From: Gemmatimonadales bacterium | Lineage (GTDB): Bacteria > Gemmatimonadota > Gemmatimonadetes > Gemmatimonadales > GWC2-71-9 | NCBI GenBank assembly: GCA_033764615.1 | Contig: JANRIU010000007.1 | Coordinates: 16,314 to 80,313 of the forward strand | DNA length: 64,000 bases | Direction: 5' to 3' | In this document: positions 56,158 through 64,000 of the stretch, one piece after another | How positions within the stretch are numbered: position 1 is the stretch's first letter | Layout: every line of letters starts with the position of its first letter | Translations under genes and position numbers: made by a program | The notes under the pieces: generated by a model | Seen by the model: the letters and a program-made list of their open reading frames with translations, nothing else | What the model was told of the DNA's origin: nothing | Databases searched by the model: none

Positions 56158-58158
56158 CTAACGCGGCCGCAGCACCACGAAGTCCGTCTCGTCCTTCGCC
56201 GCCTCGCGCAGCCAGGCGAGCACCTCGCCCGCGGCCGAGGGCGGCAGCACTACGCCGCGGTCGGCCGGGCGCAGCGTCCGCCGCACCACGAGCGTGTTCC
56301 CCTCCTGCGCGTACGTCACCTCGAACGTCCCCGGCGCGCCGACGGCCTTCACGCCGTCGGGCAGCTGCGCCGTCCAGCCATCCGGCAGGCGGATGCGGCT
56401 CTCCGTCACCGACGTGGTGCGGCCGAACGTGTCGCGCAGGTCGATCGGGAAGCGGCGCGGCGTCTTCCGCTCGATGGCGTCGGCGAGCTGCGCGAAGCTC
56501 CGCCCCATCGCCGGCGGCTTGAGCGTCAGGATCCAGCTGTCGCCCGCGCGCTTGGCCACCTGCGGCGCCTTGAAGAAGAGCGCGAAGCGAGGCGCCTGCG
56601 TGAAGTCGCGCCCCTCGCTCACGAGGAGCGAGTCGGGCGTCGCGTTGGCGAAGAAGTTCTGCGCCGCCGCCTTCGCGAACCCCTCGCGCGCCTTCGCGTC
56701 CACGCCGTCCGGGAACTGCGCGCGGAGCCGCAGCAGCCCCGCCCCCGTGCCCGACTGCGTGAGCGCCACGGTGAGCTGCCCCGTCGGCGTGAGCGTCCCC
56801 GCGATCGTCTCCACCGTGCTGTTGGCCGCGGGGCCGCCGTCCGGCAGCGTGACGCGGTCGATGCGCTGCAGGTCGCGCACGACGAGGCCGAACTGCCCCG
56901 CCACGTTCGGCGGCAGCTCGCCGAACGGCACGAGGTCGGCGGTCAGGTCCGCGAACTCGGCGCCGCGCCCGCGGTCCAGCGCCGCGATGACGTGGTTGAA
57001 CTGGTTGATCGACACGAACGCGGTGTCGACGCGGCCGATGGCGTTCAGCAGCACCGGCCACGCCGGCACCCCCATCCAGCGCAGCGCCGCCACGAAGAGC
57101 GTCGCCTTGTCCTTGCAGTCGCCGAAGCCGTCGGCCATGACGGCCTGCGGCGTGCGCGGCTGGTACCCGCCGAGGCCGAGGGACACGGACACGTAGCGGA
57201 TGTCCTGCGCCACCCAACGGTGGATGGCGCGGATCGAGTCCTCCTGCGTGCGCGCGTCCTTCACGAGCTCGCGGAGCTTCGCCGTCACGGCGGGCGTGAG
57301 CGAGTCGCGCCCCTTCGCGAGCCCCGCGTACCAGCGGCCCACGTCCTCCCACGTCCCGGTGCCCGCGAGCGTCACCGTGCCGACGACGTCGTTCGAGTCG
57401 GCGGCGAGCGGCTCGGGCTCGAGCTTCGGGATGTCGGCCGCGGCCCACATCCGCACCACGCGCGCCGGGGAGCGGCCGACGGCCTTGAGCTGCTGCACCT
57501 TCGGCTCCATCCCCATGTTGCGCGCCACCAGCTTCGCGTCCATCGCGGCCGGCAGCTCCACCACGTAGCGCGAGCGCGCCACGCTCGTCCCCGCGTGCAG
57601 GCGCCACCCCTCGAGGAAGTCCCCCGCGCGCGACGGGCTGGTGACCTTGTAGCTCCAGCTGATGTCGATGATGCTCCCCTCGGTCACGCCGGCGAGCGAC
57701 ATCCGGTAGACGCGCTGCTTCTGGTACACCGGCGCGATCTCGCGCGCCGGGATCTCCCCCTCCTGCACCACCGCGGGCTTCGCGCTCACGAGCTTCCCGG
57801 AGCGCGAATAGACCCGCGCCCAGTTCAGCACGAACGCCTCGCGCTCGGGCAGGTAGCCCCAGCTGTGCTCGGCGCTCTCCTCGATCGCCTCGCGCTTGAG
57901 CACCTGACGCACCTGGCGGAAGGTGCGCGTCCCCTTGCCCTGGGCGTCGAGGATGATGACGCCGTCGTCGAGGATGAGGTGCGTCGCGTCGTCCGGACGC
58001 TCCTTGGGGTCGATGGCGAGCTTGAGCAGCGAGTCGGTCCGCACGCTCGCGTCGCCCAGCTTCGTGATGCGCGGGGCCTGGGCGGCGGCGGGAACGGCGG
58101 CGAGGGCGAGCAGGGCGGCGACGGCGAGCGCCGGGTGCATGCGGCAGGTCCTGGACAT
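56158..58158 (-). CDS. DUF3857 plus transglutaminase-like domain secreted protein
   Basis: Signal peptide, 'IRYVSV..G.GGYQPR', 'GDCKDKATL', 'FNHVIA'. Start may be 58140. Confidence 0.85.
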   Translation of the reverse strand: MSRTCRMHPALAVAALLALAAVPAAAQAPRITKLGDASVRTDSLLKLAIDPKERPDDATHLILDDGVIILDAQGKGTRTFRQVRQVLKREAIEESAEHSWGYLPEREAFVLNWARVYSRSGKLVSAKPAVVQEGEIPAREIAPVYQKQRVYRMSLAGVTEGSIIDISWSYKVTSPSRAGDFLEGWRLHAGTSVARSRYVVELPAAMDAKLVARNMGMEPKVQQLKAVGRSPARVVRMWAAADIPKLEPEPLAADSNDVVGTVTLAGTGTWEDVGRWYAGLAKGRDSLTPAVTAKLRELVKDARTQEDSIRAIHRWVAQDIRYVSVSLGLGGYQPRTPQAVMADGFGDCKDKATLFVAALRWMGVPAWPVLLNAIGRVDTAFVSINQFNHVIAALDRGRGAEFADLTADLVPFGELPPNVAGQFGLVVRDLQRIDRVTLPDGGPAANSTVETIAGTLTPTGQLTVALTQSGTGAGLLRLRAQFPDGVDAKAREGFAKAAAQNFFANATPDSLLVSEGRDFTQAPRFALFFKAPQVAKRAGDSWILTLKPPAMGRSFAQLADAIERKTPRRFPIDLRDTFGRTTSVTESRIRLPDGWTAQLPDGVKAVGAPGTFEVTYAQEGNTLVVRRTLRPADRGVVLPPSAAGEVLAWLREAAKDETDFVVLRPR

Positions 58159-58227
58159 GGGAGCGGATTCTACCCCGCTGCCGGGCGCCCGGAGCGCGGC
58201 GCGGCCCGGCGGGGCCCGTGCGCCCCG

Positions 58228-58797
58228 CTACGCGCCGGCCTGCTGGCGCACGGCGCAGTCGGCGCACATGCTGTGCGACACGCGGTGCTCGCGCCGCTCG
58301 AACGTGGGGCTCGGCGCGTGCCAGTAGCCGAAGGCATCCTCCACCCGGCCGCACCACGCGCATCGGTGCAGCAGCGGCGCGTCGTGCGCGAACGGCTCCC
58401 CCTCGGCGCGCCGCGTGAGCAGCCGCTCGATGGCGACGAAGCGCTCGATCCCGCCGTCGATCCCGCGCACGGCGAGGATGCGGAGATGGATCCAGTACGG
58501 CCGGCCATCGCGATGGTAGTTGACGATCTCGACGTCGACGTCGCGCCCCTCGGCGAGCCCGTCGCGGATCGTGCGGATGGTCTCGGGATCCGTGAGGGGG
58601 CCCTGCAGCAGGTCGCCCGGCCGGCGGCCCAGCATCTCCAGCATCTCGTGCCCGCAGATCGACGCGATCGCCTGGTTGGTCCAGAGCACGCGCCGCTCGG
58701 CGTCCGTGATGATCACCCCGTCCTCGAGCGTGTCGAGGACGGCGCGAAAGGCCGCCGAATCCGCCGAGAGCAGCGGAGCGCGCATGGGCATGAGCAT
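58228..58797 (-). CDS. PAS-domain protein (LOV-like, lacking the photoactive Cys) with a C-terminal Cys/His zinc-ribbon-like tail
   Basis: 'VIITD...WTNQA', 'GRRPGDLLQG', 'NYHRDGRPYW'; tail 'CAWCGRV...SHSMCADC'. Confidence 0.8.
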   Translation of the reverse strand: MLMPMRAPLLSADSAAFRAVLDTLEDGVIITDAERRVLWTNQAIASICGHEMLEMLGRRPGDLLQGPLTDPETIRTIRDGLAEGRDVDVEIVNYHRDGRPYWIHLRILAVRGIDGGIERFVAIERLLTRRAEGEPFAHDAPLLHRCAWCGRVEDAFGYWHAPSPTFERREHRVSHSMCADCAVRQQAGA

Positions 58798-58886
58798 CGG
58801 AAGCCGCCTGTCTCCGTGACAACAGGGAGCGCTCACTCGGATCGCGGAGGCGAATATCGCCACCGGTACCGGCTCGCGCATCCCCC

Positions 58887-58919
58887 GGCGGGCGGAACCC
58901 TGATGGGGCGCCGCCCGCC
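58887..58919. terminator. GC-rich hairpin downstream of the sulfurtransferase gene
   Basis: GGCGGGCGG ... CCGCCCGCC 9-bp inverted repeat. Confidence 0.4.
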
Positions 58920-58926
58920 ACCGGCG

Positions 58927-59823
58927 TCACGGCCGTTCGATCGGCAGCCCCACCCCGTTCCCCCACTCCGTCCACGAACCGTCGTAGTTGCGGACGTTCG
59001 CGAAGCCGAGGAGGTAGGTGAGCGCGAACCACGAGTGGCTGGAGCGCTCGCCGATGCGGCAGTAGACGATGGTCGGCGCGTCCTTCGCGAGGCCGTGCTC
59101 GGATTCGTAGATCGTGCGGAGCTCGGCGGCCGGGCGGAAGGTGTGCGTCGCCGGGTCGACCGCGCGCGCCCACGGGATCGAGCGGGCACCGGGGATGTGG
59201 CCGCCACGGAGCGCGCCCTCGCTCGGGTACTCGGGCATGTGCAGCCGCTCGCCGCGGAACTCCTCGGGGCTCCGCACGTCGACGAGCGCGCCGCGCGCGC
59301 GGACGTGCGCCAGCACCTCGTCCCGGAAGGCGCGGAGGCCGGCATCGTCCCGCTCCTGCCGGATGGTGATGGCGCCCTCCGGGTGGCGCGGCGCGTCGGT
59401 GACGAGCGGCCGCCCCTCCTCCGCCCAGCGCAGCCGCCCGCCGTCCATCAGCCGCAGCTTCGCGACGCCGAACAGCGTGAACACCCAGAAGGCGTACGTC
59501 GCCCACCAGTTGTTCTTGTCGCCGTAGAGGACGATGGTCGTGTCGTCGTCGATCCCCTTCGCGCGGAGCAGCTGCTGGAACCGCTCGCGCCCGACGTAGT
59601 CGCGCTGGATCTGGTCGTTGAGGTCGGTCACCCAGTCCAGCTTGACGGCGCCGGGGATGTGGCCCGTCTCGTACAGGAGGATGTCCTCGTTCGACTCGAC
59701 GAGGCGCACCTTCGGGTCGTGCAGGTGCTGCGCCACCCAGTCGGTGGAGACCAGCACCTCGGGGTGGGCGTATCCACGCTCGCTGATCGGCGTGACGGGC
59801 GGCAGGGTCTGCTCGGCGGACAT
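58927..59823 (-). CDS. Tandem-domain rhodanese / sulfurtransferase (SseA/CysA type)
   Basis: 'GHIPGAV', 'DVRSPEEF', 'GGHIPGA', active site 'YCRIGERS', '[10 protein letters not shown]'. Confidence 0.93.
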   Translation of the reverse strand: MSAEQTLPPVTPISERGYAHPEVLVSTDWVAQHLHDPKVRLVESNEDILLYETGHIPGAVKLDWVTDLNDQIQRDYVGRERFQQLLRAKGIDDDTTIVLYGDKNNWWATYAFWVFTLFGVAKLRLMDGGRLRWAEEGRPLVTDAPRHPEGAITIRQERDDAGLRAFRDEVLAHVRARGALVDVRSPEEFRGERLHMPEYPSEGALRGGHIPGARSIPWARAVDPATHTFRPAAELRTIYESEHGLAKDAPTIVYCRIGERSSHSWFALTYLLGFANVRNYDGSWTEWGNGVGLPIERP

Positions 59824-59954
59824 CAGGGTCGGCTCCATCCGTGGGGCGCGAGAAAACAGGACTCCGATAGTGCGAGCGAAAGGGTCGCAATGTCAAGCGC
59901 GGCCCTCCCGCCTGCCTTGGTGGTGACGGGGCACGGGAAGCGTATGCTTCGGGC

Positions 59955-60383
59955 ATGACTCGTCTCGCCATGGTCGCGGCCCTCGCGCTCGTCGCCAGCG
60001 CTCCGCTCGCCGCGCAGGAGAAGGCCCCGCGCAAGGATGTCGTCGTCAAGTCGAAGCCCGTCGCCCTCGAGCCGTCGTTCCAGGGCCGGCGCCTCTCCGA
60101 ATACGTCGCCGATCTCTCGTCGGACTCGCCGTCGACTCGGCACCACGCCGCGTACGCCATCTGCGGCTTCGGCGCGGCCGGGGCGCCCGCCGTGCCGGGG
60201 CTGATCAAGCTGCTCGATGACGATCAGGCCGTGGTGCGGTACCCCGCCGCCGTCTGCCTGGGCGAGATCGGACCGGCGGCGAAGGATGCGATTCCCGCGC
60301 TCGAGAAGGCGGTCGACGACCGCTCGGACGACGTGGGGCACATGGCGCGGAAGGCGTTGAAGAAGATCAAGGGAGAGGGGTAG
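59955..60383 (+). CDS. Secreted HEAT/PBS-lyase repeat protein
   Basis: Signal peptide ending PLAAQ, 'AVPGLIKLLDD', 'VRYPAAVCLGEIGP', 'AIPALEKA'. Confidence 0.75.
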   Translation: MTRLAMVAALALVASAPLAAQEKAPRKDVVVKSKPVALEPSFQGRRLSEYVADLSSDSPSTRHHAAYAICGFGAAGAPAVPGLIKLLDDDQAVVRYPAAVCLGEIGPAAKDAIPALEKAVDDRSDDVGHMARKALKKIKGEG

Positions 60384-60518
60384 GGCAGGCGGGCGGGCGG
60401 CGCGCCGATCGCTGTCATCGCGAGGGCGCACAGCGCCCGAAGCGACCTTGTGTGCCGACGCTCTTGAACCGAAGTATCCCGATGTCCGCACCACCCGACT
60501 AGAGCCATCCTCTTGCGT

Positions 60519-60537
60519 TTATCTGTGATAACAAATA
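60519..60537. promoter_or_regulatory. AT-rich palindrome upstream of yceI-marR, possible MarR operator
   Basis: TTATC-TGT-GATAA inverted repeat followed by CAAATA, within an AT-rich promoter-like patch. Confidence 0.45.
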
Positions 60538-60595
60538 TCGTGTAGCCGGCAGTTATTTGCAGATCAGACCCAACAACCTTCCGGAGCTCCCTCCC

Positions 60596-61138
60596 ATGAC
60601 CGCCACCGCCGCACCCGTTGCCATCGCCACCTGGACCATCGACCCGGCCCACTCCGAGCTCACCTTCCGCATCCGCCATCTGATCGGCAAGGTGCGCGGC
60701 CGCTTCACGGGCTTCGCGGGGACGCTCACCGCCGACCCGGCGCAGCTCGCCGAGGGGCGCGTGGAGGTCACCATCGAGGCCACCACGATCGACACGGCGA
60801 ACGCCATGCGCGACGAGCACCTCCGCTCCCCCGACTTCTTCGACGTGGCGACGTTCCCGACGATCGCGTTCGCGAGCCGCGCGTTGCGCGTCGACGGCGA
60901 GCGGCTCGTGGTCGAGGGGGACCTGACGCTCCGCGGCGTCACGCGTCCGGTGACGCTCACCGGCGAGGCGCTCGGCCAGGTGCGGGACCCGTGGGGGCAG
61001 GATCGCCTGCTCTTCGAGGCGGCCGGCTCTATCGACCGGCGCGAGTTCGGCATCGTCTTCAACCAGACGCTCGACACCGGCACCCTCCTGGGCGACACGG
61101 TCGAGATCGGGATTACGTTGCAGGCAATTCGTCAGTAG
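60596..61138 (+). CDS. yceI: YceI-family polyisoprenoid-binding protein
   Basis: 'WTIDPAHSEL', 'VRGRF', 'IDTANAMRDEHLRSPDFFDV', 'DPWG', 'IDRREFGI'. Start ATG 60596. Confidence 0.9.
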   Translation: MTATAAPVAIATWTIDPAHSELTFRIRHLIGKVRGRFTGFAGTLTADPAQLAEGRVEVTIEATTIDTANAMRDEHLRSPDFFDVATFPTIAFASRALRVDGERLVVEGDLTLRGVTRPVTLTGEALGQVRDPWGQDRLLFEAAGSIDRREFGIVFNQTLDTGTLLGDTVEIGITLQAIRQ

Positions 61139-61148
61139 CATCTAGGGC

Positions 61149-61637
61149 ATGGCCGTCCGCCCCACCCTCCAGGAAGAGCTCCGCCAGCGGCGCCCGTTCG
61201 CCCATGCGGAGGAGGAAGCGTGGATCAGCATCGTGCGGACGGCCGACCACCTGCAGCGCGGCATCGCCGAGCTGCTGAAGCGCCACGAGCTGACGATCAC
61301 GCAGTACAACGTGCTCCGCATCCTGCGGGGCGCGGGTGCGGCGGGGCATCCGTGCCGCGAGGTCGGCGAGCGGATGATCACGCGCGAGCCGGACGTGACG
61401 CGCCTGCTCGACCGCATGCAGGATCGTGGCTGGGTGCGGCGCGAGCGGAGCGAGGCCGACCGGCGCGTGGTGATCGCGACGATCACGCCCGACGGGCTGG
61501 AGATCGTCCGCCGCCTCGACGAGCCGATCGCCGAGCTCACGCGCCAGCAGCTCACGCACCTCGGCGACGAGCAGCTTCACCGGCTGCTCGACACCCTGAC
61601 CGCGATCCGCTTCCCGAACGGCGACGGCAAGGCGTAG
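61149..61637 (+). CDS. MarR-family transcriptional regulator
   Basis: 'LTITQYNVLRIL', 'PDVTRLLDRM..GWV.R', 'DRRVV...IT..G'. Confidence 0.92.
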   Translation: MAVRPTLQEELRQRRPFAHAEEEAWISIVRTADHLQRGIAELLKRHELTITQYNVLRILRGAGAAGHPCREVGERMITREPDVTRLLDRMQDRGWVRRERSEADRRVVIATITPDGLEIVRRLDEPIAELTRQQLTHLGDEQLHRLLDTLTAIRFPNGDGKA

Positions 61638-61680
61638 CGGACCATCGGTTCCGGCCGTCCTCGGCCGGACGACCGGAACG

Positions 61681-61720
61681 ACGACGCCCCGCGTCTCCCT
61701 CGGGAGGCGCGGGGCGTCGT
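61681..61720. terminator. Bidirectional terminator-like hairpin between convergent genes
   Basis: ACGACGCCCCGCG-TCTCCCTCGGGAGG-CGCGGGGCGTCGT, a perfect 13-bp outer stem with an extendable inner stem. Confidence 0.65.
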
Positions 61721-61734
61721 GCGTGCGGAGCCGC

Positions 61735-62424
61735 TCAGCGCCGCCGACGCACCATGCCGACGACGGCGACGAGCCCGCTGCCGAGGAGCACCATGGTGGA
61801 CGGCTCGGGGACGACCTGCCCGCCGTCGATCGCGCCGCCGACGCCCCAGAAGCCCTGGGCGCTGTTGAGGGAGGCGAGTGCGTTCGCGTTGAGCGCGAGG
61901 TTCTGGAACGTGCCATTCATCGACGCATCCACCGAGAAGCTGCCATACCCGACGCCGCTGCCGAGATCGGCGTAGTCCGCCAGCGAGTTGGCGGAGCCGA
62001 GCGCACCCGCGTTCGTCACGTCCCAGAGGGAGTAGGTCAGCGACGACGAGGTGGCGAGGAATCCGGGCGGGGAGAGCGGGTTCCAGAGCCGCAGCTCGGC
62101 GCTCGTGATGGCGAGGCCCGGCCGCAGCTCGAAGACGAAGAAGTTGCGGTGGACCTCATCGCCGCCGTTGCAGACGTCGGACGAGCCGCACTTGCCGGCG
62201 ATGTAGTTGTTGATGCCGACACCGTTCGTGCCGCCGGTCGACTCGTACCAGCCCCGCCGGGACGCGTTCAGCACCAGGGCACCACCGTTGAGCACGAGCT
62301 GCGACCAGGTGGCCGGGCCCCCAGTCGTCCAGGCCCACATGTGGTTGCTCGGATCGGCCCTGAGCGGCTGCACGGTGAGGACAGAGAGGACGGCCGCGAG
62401 GGCGGCGAGACGGGACCGGCGCAT
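61735..62424 (-). CDS. PEP-CTERM sorting domain protein
   Basis: C-terminal VPEPSTMVLLGSGLVAVVGMVRRRR and signal peptide ending QPLRA. Confidence 0.9.
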   Translation of the reverse strand: MRRSRLAALAAVLSVLTVQPLRADPSNHMWAWTTGGPATWSQLVLNGGALVLNASRRGWYESTGGTNGVGINNYIAGKCGSSDVCNGGDEVHRNFFVFELRPGLAITSAELRLWNPLSPPGFLATSSSLTYSLWDVTNAGALGSANSLADYADLGSGVGYGSFSVDASMNGTFQNLALNANALASLNSAQGFWGVGGAIDGGQVVPEPSTMVLLGSGLVAVVGMVRRRR

Positions 62425-62543
62425 GATGACTCCGAGAGCAAGGGGTGTTCACTTACTGTGGCACGTCCAGTCCCCGACGCGCAAGAGTGGCGCACGCGCC
62501 ACACCCGACGTCGCCTTCCGGGGACAGCGTTGCGGCGCCGCCG

Positions 62544-64000
62544 CTACATCCGGAACAGGTAGCTCAGCTTCAGGAAGAACCCGTCCTGCGTGCGGCGGAA
62601 GTCGCCGTCGCCGCGGGGGTCGCCGTTGCGCAGGATGGCGCCGTAGCCGGCGTAGAGCACGGTGCCGGGGTTCGGGAAGTACGAGAAGAGGAAGTCGCCG
62701 CGGACGCGCGCGCTCCGCGTGGCCCCCGCCCGCGTGAGCGCGCCCGTGGACGCGTTCCGGAAGTAGATCGGCAGGTCGGTGCGCGAGTAGTCGCGCAGCG
62801 AGTCGACGCGCTGCAGCGCGTACTCGCCGATGAAGCGCACGAAGATGGTGCGCGAGAGCTGGTACTCCATCCGCACGCGCGGCACGTTGCGCGTCGCCAC
62901 GCGCGTGCCGTCGCCCACGCGGTCGTACGCCTCGAAGTTCCACGTCCCCGCCACGCGCAGCTGCCGCGTCGGCCGCAGGTTGAGCGTCGTGTTGAGGATG
63001 TAGATGCTCGCCGACGACCACTCGAAGAAGTTCTGGTCCTGCCCCCAGATCGCCGACACGTCGAGCGAGAACGCCTTCCACTGCGGCGTGTTGAACGCCA
63101 GCACCCAGTCCAGGTTCGGCAGCGTCGGCGTCCCCGTGTACGGGATCGTGTCGACGAGCCGGCTCTGCGGCCGCGGGCGCAGCAGCACGTAGTTCTGGTA
63201 CAGCCCGGGGTCGTAGCCGAAGCGCTCGATGAACACCGACGCGCCCACGCCCCAGCCGCCGCGGAGGCGGTAGTTGGTGTTGACGTGGAACTTGAGGTCC
63301 TGCACGTCGCGCCCGTTCACGAACTCGTCGTAGCGCCACGTGCCGTCGGTCATGAAGCCGACGGTGTACGACTCGAGGAAGGCGCCCGGCTTCCCGAAGG
63401 TGGTGAAGCGGTGGTCGCCGCCGATGCGCACGATGCCGGGCCGCGGGATGAAGCCGGCCTGCGCGTCGAAGCGCGGGCTGATGCCGCGGAACTGGTAGCG
63501 CAGCGCGAGGCGGCGGCCGCTCACGTTGAAGCGCAGGTCCCAGAGCGGCGCCAGCGCGTCCGACACGCCGGGCGCGCCCGTCGCCGTGAGCGCGCCCTGG
63601 AACTGCAGCGCGAAGATGCGCCCGAAGACGAGCCGCGTGTCCATGCCGCCCACGCGGTTCCAGCTCCCGCCATCGATCTTGTCGGTGTAGACCATCCCGA
63701 TCCGGCTCTGCCGGCCGATGTCGCGCTGCAGCCGCAGGATGTTGAACACGGGGTTGTCGAGCCCGGTGGCGCTCGTGGTGCGCGCGTCCACCGCCGAGAG
63801 CAGGCCGATGTCGAAGCCGCTCGCCTTGCCCGTGAGCTTCACCGCGCCCACGGGCTGCACCACGCGCCGGGTGTAGACGATCTGGTTCGGCAGGCCGAAC
63901 TGCTCGATCCCCTCGAGGAAGAACGGCCGCCGCTCCGGGAAGAAGACCGCCACGCGCGGGTCGATGGCGAACTGCGTGGCGTCGGCCTCGACGTCCGAGA
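62544..64000 (-). CDS. DUF5916-type outer-membrane protein, 5' part outside the window
   Basis: 'DVEADA...FFPERRPFFLEG', 'YTRRVV', 'KLTGK', C-terminal 'FFLKLSYLFRM'. The frame is open to the window edge. Confidence 0.82.
   Translation of the reverse strand, partial: SDVEADATQFAIDPRVAVFFPERRPFFLEGIEQFGLPNQIVYTRRVVQPVGAVKLTGKASGFDIGLLSAVDARTTSATGLDNPVFNILRLQRDIGRQSRIGMVYTDKIDGGSWNRVGGMDTRLVFGRIFALQFQGALTATGAPGVSDALAPLWDLRFNVSGRRLALRYQFRGISPRFDAQAGFIPRPGIVRIGGDHRFTTFGKPGAFLESYTVGFMTDGTWRYDEFVNGRDVQDLKFHVNTNYRLRGGWGVGASVFIERFGYDPGLYQNYVLLRPRPQSRLVDTIPYTGTPTLPNLDWVLAFNTPQWKAFSLDVSAIWGQDQNFFEWSSASIYILNTTLNLRPTRQLRVAGTWNFEAYDRVGDGTRVATRNVPRVRMEYQLSRTIFVRFIGEYALQRVDSLRDYSRTDLPIYFRNASTGALTRAGATRSARVRGDFLFSYFPNPGTVLYAGYGAILRNGDPRGDGDFRRTQDGFFLKLSYLFRM

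Noticed and set aside
58228-58797. Calling the PAS protein a blue-light LOV photoreceptor linked to LPOR
   Set aside because: The GxNCRFLQ cysteine is absent, and the gene lies about 30 kb from por.
60384-60407. Possible eighth octamer element (GGCAGGCG GGCGGGCG ...) after the HEAT gene
   Set aside because: Only about two degenerate units, indistinguishable from GC-rich background.

Overview
Very GC-rich bacterial chromosomal DNA, densely coded with about 58 genes. The window ends inside a DUF5916-type outer-membrane gene. I found no rRNA, tRNA, CRISPR array, integrase or transposase. The gene repertoire (BTAD/TPR membrane regulator, carboxypeptidase-regulatory-like and DUF5916 proteins, two PEP-CTERM proteins, many secreted hydrolases) suggests a Gemmatimonadota-like host; this is inference. 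Most long ORFs in the supplied track are GC-driven shadow frames, so I re-picked start codons by hand. Ordinary content includes transporters (APC, MFS, DctA, TonB receptor plus DUF4249, a TetR-TolC-MFP-AcrB efflux operon), hydrolases, IorAB, PdxH, TrpF, rhodanese, YceI-MarR and a VapBC toxin-antitoxin pair. Highlights: (1) a 79-aa ORF at 26340-26579 has a lasso-peptide-type leader in exact register (WxxPxL...T-2) but a Gly-rich core with no Asp/Glu, and is translationally coupled to a lipoprotein with 13 Cys-x5-Cys repeats, with no RiPP enzymes nearby; (2) directly upstream lies a cyanobacterial-type light-dependent protochlorophyllide oxidoreductase (LPOR) with no other photosynthesis genes in the window; (3) a dispersed 32-bp (GGCGGACG)x4 element occurs seven times with strand polarity relative to genes, including an inverted pair that brackets the tolC start codon; (4) an HNH nuclease plus MazG-like pair is a candidate defence module; (5) a LOV-like PAS domain is fused to a Cys/His zinc-ribbon-like tail.
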